From assembly GCA_043809585.1 (NCBI GenBank), contig JBDROZ010000111.1:1-50319 (forward strand): 50,319 nt of DNA, written 5' to 3'. The stretch comes from Candidatus Eiseniibacteriota bacterium. GTDB lineage: Bacteria; Orphanbacterota; Orphanbacteria; Orphanbacterales; Orphanbacteraceae. Positions 20,177 through 29,529 of the stretch are shown here, one piece after another (positions within the stretch are counted from its first letter, which is position 1; the number at the start of each line of letters is the position of its first letter). Under the pieces are notes generated by a model. The model was not told the origin of the DNA. It was given only the letters and a program-made list of their open reading frames with translations, and did no database searches. Both the position numbers and the translations under genes were made by a program.

Positions 20177-20628
20177 TGGGCAAGCGCCGGAGGGCCCGTG
20201 AGCTGGCTCTGAAGGTCCTTTACCGGATCGACCTGACCGGGGAGAGCTGGGACGAGGTGAAGGGCCGGCTGGAGGAGTACGATCGTGTCGACGGCGTGAG
20301 GGATTTCGGCTCCCTGCTCGTCGAAGCGGTCTTGGATCACCGGGACGAGCTCGACGGGATTCTGACGGAGACGGCGGAGAACTGGCGGATCGACCGCATG
20401 GCCCTTCTCGACCGGAACGTGCTTCGTCTCGCCCTGGCCGAGTACCTCGTGATCGGCGAGACACCCCGGGCGGTGGTCATCGACGAGGCGGTGGAGATCG
20501 CAGGGACCTTTTCGACGGAAGGATCCGGCGCCTTCGTGAACGGCATTCTCGACCGGATCTTTCGGAACCGGAACGCCGGGGAGCTCGGAGGGAGTCCGGC
20601 AGCGGAGGAGGGGCCGGCGGGCCGTTGA
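20176..20628 (+). CDS. nusB: Transcription antitermination factor NusB
   Basis: RRRARELALKVLY, NWRIDRMALLDRNVLRLA, DEAVEIA, FVNGILD; follows ribH. Confidence 0.93.
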   Translation: MGKRRRARELALKVLYRIDLTGESWDEVKGRLEEYDRVDGVRDFGSLLVEAVLDHRDELDGILTETAENWRIDRMALLDRNVLRLALAEYLVIGETPRAVVIDEAVEIAGTFSTEGSGAFVNGILDRIFRNRNAGELGGSPAAEEGPAGR

Positions 20629-20654
20629 CGGGCCCGAAATGGCTGTGCTATGGT
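20625..20654 (+). promoter_or_regulatory. Putative sigma70 promoter of the glycosylation cluster
   Basis: TTGACG(20625-20630)-18 bp-TATGGT(20649-20654) with extended TG at 20646-20647. Confidence 0.55.
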
Positions 20655-20710
20655 GCCCCGGTTCTCTAGCCTGGGGGTCGGCACGTTCGGAATCGATCGG
20701 AGGGCCCATC

Positions 20711-21841
20711 ATCGGCAGGCTCCGCATTCTCGTGGTGAACTGGAGAGATCGGAAGAATCCGGAGGCGGGGGGGGCCGAGGTTCACCTCCACGAAATCTTC
20801 GGGAGGATCGCCTCCGCGGGCCACCATGTGACACTCCTCGCCCACCGGTATCCCGGGGGGGCCCCCGAGGAGATGGTCGACGGCCTGCGGGTCGTCCGCA
20901 TCGCCGGCAAGTTCGATTTCAATTTCCACGTGGTGCCGTACTACAAGAAGCGCCTCCGGGCGGAGCGCTTCGACGTGGTCGTGGAGGACCTGAACAAGCT
21001 CCCCTTCTTCCTGCACCGGGCGGCGGAGTCCCCTTCGGCGGCCGTGCTCCACCACTTCTTCGGCGACTCGATCTGGAAGGAGACGAACCCCCTCTTCGCC
21101 TCCTACGTCCGGCTCGGCGAGTGGGCGGTGAAGAAGACGTACCGGGCGGTCCCCTTCTGCGCCGTGAGCGAGTCGACCGCCGCGGAACTCGTGGCGAGCG
21201 GATTCGATCCGGGGCGGGTGCGGATCATCCACAACGCGGTCGACCACGGCGTCTACCGGGTGGACGAGAGCGCCGCCCGCGTGAAGGGCCGGGTCATCTA
21301 CCTCGGCCGCGTGAAGAGGTACAAGGGCATCGACTTTCTGATCCGCGCCCTCGCCCGGATTCGCCGGACCCGGCCCGAGGTCCATCTCACGGTGGTCGGT
21401 TCCGGCGACGACCTCCCCCGGCTCGCCCGCGTGGCCCGGGGGCTCGGGGTCGACGGCGCGGTGGAGTTCACGGGATTCGTCGACACGGAAACGAAGGTGA
21501 GGCTCCTCCGGGAATCGGAGATCATGGTGACCCCTTCCCCGAAGGAAGGGTGGGGGGTGACCACGATCGAGGCGAACGCGTGCGGCACGCCGGTGATCGC
21601 GAGCGACGTCCCCGGCCTCCGGGACGCGGTGCGGCGGGACGAGACCGGCCTTCTCTTCCCCTACGGGGATGTGGCCGCCCTCACCGCGGCGATGGAGCGG
21701 CTGCTCGCGGACGACGAACTCCGGGGGCGTTTCTCCCGGGCGGCGATCGAATGGGCGGCCCGATTCACCTGGGAGCGATCGGCGGAGGAGACCCTGGCGT
21801 GGCTCGAAAGCGTGATCGAGAACGCCCCGTCCGGCCGGTGA
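20711..21841 (+). CDS. Glycosyltransferase family 4 (GT-B); start uncertain (ATC 20711 or ATG 20639)
   Basis: RILVVNWRD..GGAEVH, YLGRVKRYKG, EGWGVTTIEANACGTPVIASD. Confidence 0.9.
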   Translation: MGRLRILVVNWRDRKNPEAGGAEVHLHEIFGRIASAGHHVTLLAHRYPGGAPEEMVDGLRVVRIAGKFDFNFHVVPYYKKRLRAERFDVVVEDLNKLPFFLHRAAESPSAAVLHHFFGDSIWKETNPLFASYVRLGEWAVKKTYRAVPFCAVSESTAAELVASGFDPGRVRIIHNAVDHGVYRVDESAARVKGRVIYLGRVKRYKGIDFLIRALARIRRTRPEVHLTVVGSGDDLPRLARVARGLGVDGAVEFTGFVDTETKVRLLRESEIMVTPSPKEGWGVTTIEANACGTPVIASDVPGLRDAVRRDETGLLFPYGDVAALTAAMERLLADDELRGRFSRAAIEWAARFTWERSAEETLAWLESVIENAPSGR

Positions 21842-24159
21842 CGGGAGCCCTCCGCCCGGCGGGGCGGCCCAACCTCGTCGCCTTCGGCCTCCTCGCGGGC
21901 GTTCTTCTCCTCTTCTACTGGAAACCCCTGATCGGCTTCCCCGGGGAACGCACCTTCTTCTGGGAAGACTTCCTCTATCAAAACTACCCGTACCGCGCCT
22001 TCGAGGCGGAAGAACTGCGGCGGGGGGACTTCCCCTTCTGGAATCCTTACCAATTCGGCGGCATGCCCTACGCCGCCGACGTGCAGGCCGCTGCGTTCTA
22101 CCCGCCCAATCTGGCCCTCACCCTCTTCGTCAAGGAGGGCGCCCTCGACCCCCGCTGGGTCGAGGCCCTCAGCGTTTTCCACGCCCTCCTCGGCGGGTTC
22201 TTCTTCTACCTCCTGCTCCGCTCCCGCGCGGCAGGCGTGTGGGCGTCCCTCCTCGCGGGGATCGGCTGGTCCCTCTCCGGCTTCTTCGTGGTTCGCATGA
22301 TCCACATGAACGTCCTTGCCGTCGTCGCCTGGGCGCCTTTGCTCTCGCTCCTCTTCCTGCGGGCCGTCGAAAGACGGTCCGTGGCGGCGGCGTCTCTCGG
22401 GGGCGTCGTTCTCGGCGTCTCCCTTCTCGGCGGGTCGCCCCAGTACTCCCTCTACCTGCTCTTCCTCCTCGGTCTCCACGCCCTCTACGAGACGGTCCGG
22501 CCCGCGGAGGGAAGGCCGGGGGCCGCCCGGTTCGCGCCGCTCCTCTCGCTCGGCGTGATCCTCCTTCTCGGGTTCGGCGTCGCCGCCGTGCAGCTCATCC
22601 CCACGGAGGAACTCTCCCGCCTCTCCCTCCGGGCGGACATGACCTACGAGGAATCGACGGAGTGCAGCTTCGGCCCGGCGAGCCTTCCCACGCTCCTCCT
22701 GCCGAAACTTTACGGGAGCGCCGCCGGCGGGAACACCCGGGGATACTGGGGGCCCCGTCCGTACTTCTCCTCCTGGGAGCTCTCCGCCTATCCCGGCATC
22801 GTGGTCCTCGTGCTCGCCCTCGTCGCTCTCGTCTACCGACCCCGGGGGAGGGCGACCCTCTTCTTCGCGCTCCTCGGACTGTTCGGTCTCCTCCTCGGAC
22901 TCGGCGCCTACGGGCCCCTTCACCGGCTCTTCTTCGAACTCGTTCCGTTCTACGGCAAGTTCCGATGCCCGGGCCGCGCCTTTCTTCTCACCGGGGTCTC
23001 CCTCGCATTTCTCGCCGGCCGGGGCGCCCACCTCCTCCTCGGCCGCCCCCCCGGGAACCGAAAGAGGAGGACGGTCCTCGCCACCCTCCTCGCCGCCATC
23101 CTCCTCGCGGGCCTCGTCTCCTATCTCGCCTTTCGTCCCGAAGCGAACGCCTCCCGGACCCACCCGCCGGACGCCGGGAGAACCGCGCTCCTCTCTTTCC
23201 TGCTCTTTTTCGGCGTTCTCACCGCGTCGGGGGGCGCGGTCCTCTTCTGGGCCTCTCGGGGGCGCCCTCTCGGCCCCGTCGTCCGGGGGGGGCTCCTCCT
23301 CCTTCTCGTCGCGGAACTCTTCCTCTACGGCTACGGTTTCAACGACGGAGGACGGGACCCGGACCAGTTCTACCGGGGCCGGTCCGACGTCGTCGATCTC
23401 CTCCGAAAGGAGAGCGACGGAGGGCTCTACCGGGTGAAACAGCGGGCGCGGGAGGGAATGGTGCTCCCCCGGAACATGGGGAGCGTCAACCGGATCCCGA
23501 GCGTGGACGGGTACAACCAGCTGAAACTCCAGCGCTACGAGGACCTGCAGGTGGCGCCCGAGGTTTCCTTCGAGCGCATGATCGATCTCTTCGGCGTGCG
23601 GATCTACACGCTTCTCGATCCGGAGACGAACGGCCTCGGCATGGCCCGGAATCCCGACTGCCTCCCGAAAGCGTTCTTCGTGGGGGAGGCGGAGATCGTG
23701 AGCGGCGAAGAGGAGGCGATCCGCCGCGTGGGGGCCCCGGACTTCGACCCGGCCCGCGCCGTCGTTCTCGAAGGGGGGGCGCCCGGGCGGGAGTCCCCGG
23801 GGGGGACCGGCGAGGCGACGGTCGTCTCGTGGGGGACGAACCGGATCGAAGTGACGGTGACGGCGGACGGGCCGGGGTGGCTCGTCCTGAACGAAGTGTA
23901 CTACCCCGCATGGAAGGTGACCGTGGACGGCGAGGAGAGGGAGTCCCTTCCGGCGGATCACGCCCTCCGGGCCGTCCGACTCGAGGCGGGGGACCACCGG
24001 GTGGTCTGGGCCTACCGCTCCGGGTCGTTCCGGCTCGGCGCCGCGGTGAGCGCCGCGGCCCTCCTCGCCGCGATGGCCCTCCTCTTTGTCGCCGCCCCCC
24101 GGAGAGGGGAGGGGCCCGCCCAGTTGATCCGCGGCATCGCCGGGGGGGACCGCCCGTGA
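21838..24159 (+). CDS. YfhO-family multi-pass membrane protein (GT-C-like)
   Basis: Many TM segments, PFWNPYQFGGMP, FYPPN, C-terminal soluble domain with YYPAWKVTVDG; GTGA overlap with the upstream gene. Confidence 0.8.
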   Translation: MTGALRPAGRPNLVAFGLLAGVLLLFYWKPLIGFPGERTFFWEDFLYQNYPYRAFEAEELRRGDFPFWNPYQFGGMPYAADVQAAAFYPPNLALTLFVKEGALDPRWVEALSVFHALLGGFFFYLLLRSRAAGVWASLLAGIGWSLSGFFVVRMIHMNVLAVVAWAPLLSLLFLRAVERRSVAAASLGGVVLGVSLLGGSPQYSLYLLFLLGLHALYETVRPAEGRPGAARFAPLLSLGVILLLGFGVAAVQLIPTEELSRLSLRADMTYEESTECSFGPASLPTLLLPKLYGSAAGGNTRGYWGPRPYFSSWELSAYPGIVVLVLALVALVYRPRGRATLFFALLGLFGLLLGLGAYGPLHRLFFELVPFYGKFRCPGRAFLLTGVSLAFLAGRGAHLLLGRPPGNRKRRTVLATLLAAILLAGLVSYLAFRPEANASRTHPPDAGRTALLSFLLFFGVLTASGGAVLFWASRGRPLGPVVRGGLLLLLVAELFLYGYGFNDGGRDPDQFYRGRSDVVDLLRKESDGGLYRVKQRAREGMVLPRNMGSVNRIPSVDGYNQLKLQRYEDLQVAPEVSFERMIDLFGVRIYTLLDPETNGLGMARNPDCLPKAFFVGEAEIVSGEEEAIRRVGAPDFDPARAVVLEGGAPGRESPGGTGEATVVSWGTNRIEVTVTADGPGWLVLNEVYYPAWKVTVDGEERESLPADHALRAVRLEAGDHRVVWAYRSGSFRLGAAVSAAALLAAMALLFVAAPRRGEGPAQLIRGIAGGDRP

Positions 24160-25163
24160 CGGTCCGGATAAAGAAGGCCCTCCTTTCGATCGCGAAGGTC
24201 GCCCTCTCCGCGGCTCTCCTCTACTACCTTCTCCAAGGGGGGACGTTGCAGCGGGTGATCGAACTGACCCGCGACCGGTTTCACCTCGCCCCCTTCCTCC
24301 TCGGGGTCGCCGCCTTCGCGATCAGCAACGTGCTCGGCGGGCTCCAGTGGAACATCCTTCTCCGGGCGCAGGGGATCGAGATCGGTCTCGGCCGGGCGAT
24401 CGCCCTCTACTTCGTCGGCCTCTTCTTCTCCAACTTTCTCCCCGCGAACATCGGAGGGGACGTGGTCAAGGTGGTCGACGTCTACCGTTCCTCCGGCCGG
24501 GGGGGAGGGGCCGTGGCGGCCACCGTGATGGACCGGGCCATCGGCCTCGCCATGCTCGCCGCCCTCGCCTGCTTCGCAGGACCCTTCGCCCTGCCGGTCC
24601 TCGGGCACCAGTCTTTCCTCCTCCTCCTCCCCCTCTTCCTGTTCCTCTTCGTCGGAGCGGTGCTCATGATGCTGAGCCGCCGGGTCGGGGGGCTCCTCCT
24701 CCGGATCACCGCCGCCGTGCCGGTCCGCTTCGTCAGGGAGAAGGGGGAATCGGTGCTCACCGCGGTCCTCCAGTTCCGCGGCCGGCGAAGGGCCCTTCTT
24801 CTCGCCCTGGGGATCTCGCTCCCCGTCCAGACCCTCCGCATTCTCGTCCACTTCGCCGCCGCCCGGGCCATCGGCATCGACGCGCCGGCGCTCTACTTCT
24901 TCCTCTTCATCCCCATCGTAGCCGTCTTCATCGCCCTGCCGATCTCCATCAACGGGATCGGGGTAAGAGAGGGGTTCGGGGTCCTTCTCTTCCGGAAGAT
25001 CGGGATCAGCACGGAGGCGGCCATATCGATCTCTTTCCTGGCCTACGTGATCGGCGTCCTGGTCAGCCTCGCCGGAGGCGCGATCTTCGTCCTCCGATCC
25101 CGGGAGGTCCGGAAGAGAAGGGCCCTCGCGCCGTCCTTGCGGGAAGAAGTCGAATCGCGTTAG
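24156..25163 (+). CDS. Lysylphosphatidylglycerol synthase TM-domain / flippase-like protein
   Basis: FFSNFLPANIGGDVVK, MDRAIG, LPISINGIGVRE motifs; multi-TM. Confidence 0.85.
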   Translation: MTVRIKKALLSIAKVALSAALLYYLLQGGTLQRVIELTRDRFHLAPFLLGVAAFAISNVLGGLQWNILLRAQGIEIGLGRAIALYFVGLFFSNFLPANIGGDVVKVVDVYRSSGRGGGAVAATVMDRAIGLAMLAALACFAGPFALPVLGHQSFLLLLPLFLFLFVGAVLMMLSRRVGGLLLRITAAVPVRFVREKGESVLTAVLQFRGRRRALLLALGISLPVQTLRILVHFAAARAIGIDAPALYFFLFIPIVAVFIALPISINGIGVREGFGVLLFRKIGISTEAAISISFLAYVIGVLVSLAGGAIFVLRSREVRKRRALAPSLREEVESR

Positions 25164-25166
25164 AAT
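25137..25166 (+). promoter_or_regulatory. Possible sigma70 promoter upstream of the DUF2723 gene
   Basis: TTGCGG(25137-25142)-18 bp-TAGAAT(25161-25166). Confidence 0.35.
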
Positions 25167-25218
25167 ACGGCGGTTACGGATGGATGGGGAGTCCTCGCGC
25201 GCGGGACGGAGGCGATCG

Positions 25219-27540
25219 ATGACCGAAGGAGAACGAGCGGGAGCGGCGGCCTTCGAGATACCCCGCGGTCCGGACCGTGGGAACCGGGCCGTGGCCTGGG
25301 CCTCGACGGTGGCCCTGCTCGCCCTCTACGCGGTGACTTTGGCCCCGAGCGTCTCCTTCTGGGACTCGGGGGAGTTCATCGCCGCCTCCTACGGCCTCGC
25401 GGTCCCCCATCCCCCCGGAACCCCGCTCTACGTCCTGATCGGCCGGATCTTCAGCCTCGTGCCCTTCCTCGACGTGCCGGTCCGGGTCAACCTTCTCTCC
25501 GCCGTGCCCGGGGCCTTCGCCTCCTTCTTCCTCAGCCTGGCGCTCCTCTCCATCGGGCGCCGGTTTCCGGGGTGGATCGGGGCGGACGGGACCGACCGGT
25601 GGCGCCTTCGAATCGGAGCGGGGGCGGGGGCCCTTTTCGCCGGGCTCGGTTCCACCTGTTGGACGAACGCGACGGAGGCGGAGGTGTACGCCCTCAGCCT
25701 CCTCGTCATCGCCGTCTCTCTTTGGCTCATCCTCCGGTGGGATCGCCGGGGGGGGGCGACCGTCGGGCGCCGTCCCTTGATTTTCATCGCCTATCTCCTC
25801 TCCCTCTCGATCGGCATCCATCTCGGCACCTATCTCGCCCTCCCGGCGTTCACCCTCTTCGTGCTTCTCGTGGACCGGCGAGCCCTTCTCGATACCCGCC
25901 TCCTGGCGCTCCTCGCCTTCGTCACCCTCCTCGGCCTGACGGTCCACTTCTACCTGCCCGTCCGCTCCCATCTGAACCCGTCCATCGACGAGGCGAACCC
26001 GGAGACGAGGCAGGCCTTCCTCGACTTCCTCCTCCGCAAGCAGTACAAGCCGAACAACCCGCTGGCGCGGCAGGCGTCGTGGACGTTCCAGTTGAACATG
26101 TACTGGGTGTACTTCCAGGAGCAGTACGGCCGATGGCTCCCCCTGCTCGGCCTCGTCGGCGCCGGCCTCCATTACCGGAAAGAGAAGAAGACCTTCGCCC
26201 TCTACGGGACTCTCATCCTGATCACCAGCCTCTTCCTCGTCTTCTACATGAACTTCACGGACTCCGAGGTCAGGGAGCGGGACTACTTCTTCGCCCCCTC
26301 CTTCTTTCTCTGGGGGGGATGGATGGGGTTCGGGATCACGGCGATCCTCGGGGCCGTCCGGGCCGGGTCGAAGCGCCTGTCGATCCCGGAGAAGCCGGCG
26401 TTCGCCGCGGCGGCGGCCCTTCTGCTCGCGCTTCCCGTATCGGTGGCGGCCATGCACTTCCACTCCCACGACCGCCGGGGGGACCTGGTCGCCCACGATT
26501 ACGCGTGGAACATTCTCGAGTCCCTGGGCAGGGACGCGATCATCTTCACCAACGGCGACAACGACACGTTCCCCCTCTGGTCTCTGCAGGAGGTGGAGGG
26601 GGTGCGGAAGGACGTGCGGGTGGTCAATCTGGCGCTGCTCAACACGCCGTGGTACATCTGGCAGCTGAAGCATCTCGATCCGAAGGTGCCGGTCGGGTAC
26701 TCGGACGAGGAGATCGAGGAACTCCGGGCCTTCCGCACCCGGGAGGGGGAGATCATCTACGTCAAGGATCTGGCCATTCGGGACATCGCCCGGACGAACG
26801 GGTGGGGGCGGCCGATCTACTTCGCCGTCACCGTGGCCGATCTGATGGGGCTCGACAAGGAGAAGCGGCTCCGGCTGGAGGGGCTCGTCTTTCGCCTCGT
26901 CCCCGACCAGCAGGAGATCCTGGTGGACGTGGAAAAGTCGGAGGAGAACCTCTGGCGGCGCTACCGATACCGGGGCATCCTGGACGAGTCGGGAGAACTC
27001 GACCGGAAGGTGGCGCACGACACGAACCAGCAGAGGCTGATCGGCAATTACTCCGCCGCGTTCAGCCGGCTCGCGATCCAGCTCCGTAACGAGGGAAGAT
27101 ACGAGGATGCGATCCGGGCGATGCAGATGGCCGGGAAGATCTCTCCCGGCTACCCGGTCTATGAAGCCCTCATGGGTCCCCTCTACGTCGAGGCGGAGCG
27201 ATGGGAGGAGGCGGAGGCCTTCTTCACGCGGCAGCTCGAGGAGGGTCCCGAGTCGCTCCCGCCGTACCTGGGTCTCGCCTACATCCGGGAGAGGGAAGGG
27301 AGAGGGGAAGATGCGGAGACCCTTTATCGAAGGGGCATCGGCGTCGCGCCGAATGAAAGGGAGGGGTATCTGCGTCTCTGCCGGCATCTCATGATGAGCG
27401 GCGATCTCGGCGGCGCCCGGGGCGTCCTCCGGGAGTGGCTCGCCATCGATCCGGACGACCGTTCCGCGGTCGATCAGCTCCGGGAGGTCGAACGGGCGAT
27501 GCGCGCGGCGGGCGAGGGAGGATCCGTCGATGGCGGGTAA
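25219..27540 (+). CDS. DUF2723/TMEM260-like GT-C glycosyltransferase with C-terminal TPR repeats
   Basis: WDSGEFIA, HPPGTPLY, EAEVY, RERDYFF, NGDNDTFPLW, VNLALLNTPWY, then helical TPR-like repeats; ATG after GGAGG. Confidence 0.85.
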   Translation: MTEGERAGAAAFEIPRGPDRGNRAVAWASTVALLALYAVTLAPSVSFWDSGEFIAASYGLAVPHPPGTPLYVLIGRIFSLVPFLDVPVRVNLLSAVPGAFASFFLSLALLSIGRRFPGWIGADGTDRWRLRIGAGAGALFAGLGSTCWTNATEAEVYALSLLVIAVSLWLILRWDRRGGATVGRRPLIFIAYLLSLSIGIHLGTYLALPAFTLFVLLVDRRALLDTRLLALLAFVTLLGLTVHFYLPVRSHLNPSIDEANPETRQAFLDFLLRKQYKPNNPLARQASWTFQLNMYWVYFQEQYGRWLPLLGLVGAGLHYRKEKKTFALYGTLILITSLFLVFYMNFTDSEVRERDYFFAPSFFLWGGWMGFGITAILGAVRAGSKRLSIPEKPAFAAAAALLLALPVSVAAMHFHSHDRRGDLVAHDYAWNILESLGRDAIIFTNGDNDTFPLWSLQEVEGVRKDVRVVNLALLNTPWYIWQLKHLDPKVPVGYSDEEIEELRAFRTREGEIIYVKDLAIRDIARTNGWGRPIYFAVTVADLMGLDKEKRLRLEGLVFRLVPDQQEILVDVEKSEENLWRRYRYRGILDESGELDRKVAHDTNQQRLIGNYSAAFSRLAIQLRNEGRYEDAIRAMQMAGKISPGYPVYEALMGPLYVEAERWEEAEAFFTRQLEEGPESLPPYLGLAYIREREGRGEDAETLYRRGIGVAPNEREGYLRLCRHLMMSGDLGGARGVLREWLAIDPDDRSAVDQLREVERAMRAAGEGGSVDGG

Positions 27541-28492
27541 AGCGCTCGTGACCGGCGTCGCCGGGTTCATCGGATCCCATCTGGCCGAGGCCCTCCTTCG
27601 CGAAGGGTGGGAGGTCGTCGGGATCGACGCCTTCACCGACGCCTACGACCCGGCGGTGAAGGAGAGGAACGCGGCGGCTCTCCTCGGCCGGGAGGGGTTC
27701 CGTCTGGTCCGGGGAGATCTGAACGACGCGGATCTCGGCCCCCTGCTCCGAGGCGCGGACACGGTTTTCCACCAGGCGGCCCAGGCGGGAGTGCGGACGA
27801 GCTGGGGAAAGGACTTCGATCGCTATCTCTCGGCGAACATCCGAGCGACTCAGCGCCTTCTGGAGGCGTGCCGGGAAGTGCCTCTCCGGCGCTTCGTGTT
27901 CGCCTCCTCCTCGTCCGTCTACGGCGAAGCCCGGGATCTCCCGCTCCGCGAATCGTCCCCTCTCCGGCCCCACTCCCCCTACGGGGTGACGAAGCTGGCC
28001 GCCGAGAATCTCGGACACCTTTACCGGGCGAACCACGGCGTTCCGTTCACCGCCCTTCGCTATTTCACGGTCTTCGGTCCCCGGCAGCGGCCCGACATGG
28101 CTTTCCACCGTCTCTTCCGGGCCGCCTACGGAATGGGGGAGATCACCATATTCGGCACCGGCGAGCAGACCCGGGATTTCACCTACGTGGGGGACATCGT
28201 CTGCGCCAACCTCCTCGCCGCCCGCGCCGATCGGGTCACGGGGGTCTTCAACATCGGAGGCGGCGCCCGGGTCTCCCTGGCGGACGTGATCGGGCGGATC
28301 GAATCGATCGCCGGCCGGGAAGTGAAGAGGCGCTCCGTGGGCTGGGAGAAGGGAGATGTCCGGGACACGTGGGCGGACTGTTCCGCGGCGGAGCGGGAGC
28401 TCCGCTATCGTCCGGAGACGGGTCTCGACGAAGGCCTCCGGCGGATGGACGCGTGGTTCCGGAATGGGCTGCGGGAGGAAGACCCGTCGTGA
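27530..28492 (+). CDS. NAD-dependent nucleotide-sugar epimerase (UDP-glucuronate 4-epimerase-like)
   Basis: GVAGFIG, AAQAGVR, ASSSSVYG, YGVTK, FTVFGPRQRPDMA. Confidence 0.9.
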   Translation: MAGKALVTGVAGFIGSHLAEALLREGWEVVGIDAFTDAYDPAVKERNAAALLGREGFRLVRGDLNDADLGPLLRGADTVFHQAAQAGVRTSWGKDFDRYLSANIRATQRLLEACREVPLRRFVFASSSSVYGEARDLPLRESSPLRPHSPYGVTKLAAENLGHLYRANHGVPFTALRYFTVFGPRQRPDMAFHRLFRAAYGMGEITIFGTGEQTRDFTYVGDIVCANLLAARADRVTGVFNIGGGARVSLADVIGRIESIAGREVKRRSVGWEKGDVRDTWADCSAAERELRYRPETGLDEGLRRMDAWFRNGLREEDPS

Positions 28493-29529
28493 GCGCCCCG
28501 CCCCTCGTCTCGGTGGTGATCCCCGCGTGGAACGCGGGGCGGTCGATCGCGGGAGGAGTGGCGGCCGCCCTCGGCCAGGAGGGGGTCGGCGGGTCGATCG
28601 AAGTGATCGTCGTGGACGACGGCTCGACGGACGAAACGGGCGAGGCCGCCGGGGGGGCGGGCGCCCGGGTGGTGCGCCAGGAGAACGGGGGCCCCGCGGC
28701 GGCCCGGAACCGGGGCTGGCGGGAGGCGGCCGGCGAGTGGGTCTTCTTCACCGATTCCGACTGCGTCCCCCGTCCCGACTGGGTCGCCCGGCTCCTCCCG
28801 GCCCTCCGGGAGAAGAACGTGGGGGCCGCCGGCGGCACGTACGACGCGGCGAATCCGGATTCGTTTCTCGCCGCCTGCGTGCAGGAGGAGATCGCCCTCC
28901 GCCATCTCCGCATGCCCCGTGAGGTTCGATTCCTCGGCTCCTTCAACCTGGCCGTTCCGCGGCGGGTGCTCGAGGAGACCGGAGGGTTCGACGAGGAGTA
29001 CCGCCGGGCGAGCGGCGAGGACAACGATCTCTCCTACCGGATCCGGAAGCGGGGCTACCGGCTGATCTTCGATCGGGAGGCCCGGGTCGCCCACCGCCAT
29101 CCGGAGAAGATCGGGCGCTACCTGAAGGAACAGACGAGGCACGGGTACTGGAGGATGAAGCTGTACCGGGAGCATCCGGAGCGGATGGGCGGCGACGACT
29201 ATAGCGGCGCGGCCGATTTCATCGAGCCCCCGGCGGCCGCCCTCTTTCTGCTTCTCCTTCCGCTCTCCCGCCTCCCCGTCGTCGGGTCGGCGCTTCTCGC
29301 CCTCTTCCTCCTTCTCTTCGCGGCCGCCCTCACTCCCACGGTCGTCATGGTCCGCCGGGGGGGAGGGCGGTTCGCCGGCTTTCTTCCGGTGAAGATGGCC
29401 CGCGCCTTCGCCCGGGGGGCCGGAATGGCGGTGGGGATCGTCCGATTCTGGATCGTCCCCCTCCGCCGGGGGGGGCGGCGTGAGGGGCGCGGGGGAAGGA
29501 ATGGCGATTCTCGTTCCCGCATTCAATGA
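28489..29529 (+). CDS. Glycosyltransferase family 2 with C-terminal TM helices
   Basis: VSVVIPAWN, VDDGSTD, GPAAARN, FTDSD, GEDNDL. The true stop may be 29483 if the G8 run at 29468-29475 is one base short. Confidence 0.88.
   Translation: MSAPPLVSVVIPAWNAGRSIAGGVAAALGQEGVGGSIEVIVVDDGSTDETGEAAGGAGARVVRQENGGPAAARNRGWREAAGEWVFFTDSDCVPRPDWVARLLPALREKNVGAAGGTYDAANPDSFLAACVQEEIALRHLRMPREVRFLGSFNLAVPRRVLEETGGFDEEYRRASGEDNDLSYRIRKRGYRLIFDREARVAHRHPEKIGRYLKEQTRHGYWRMKLYREHPERMGGDDYSGAADFIEPPAAALFLLLLPLSRLPVVGSALLALFLLLFAAALTPTVVMVRRGGGRFAGFLPVKMARAFARGAGMAVGIVRFWIVPLRRGGRREGRGGRNGDSRSRIQ

Noticed and set aside
20650-21837. N-terminal extensions of the ORF-track proteins starting at 20650, 13584, 16534, 22239, 34267 and 37725, read as giant fusions
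   Set aside because: The extensions are out-of-frame readings over the upstream gene; the real starts lie at stop/start overlaps or just after the upstream stop
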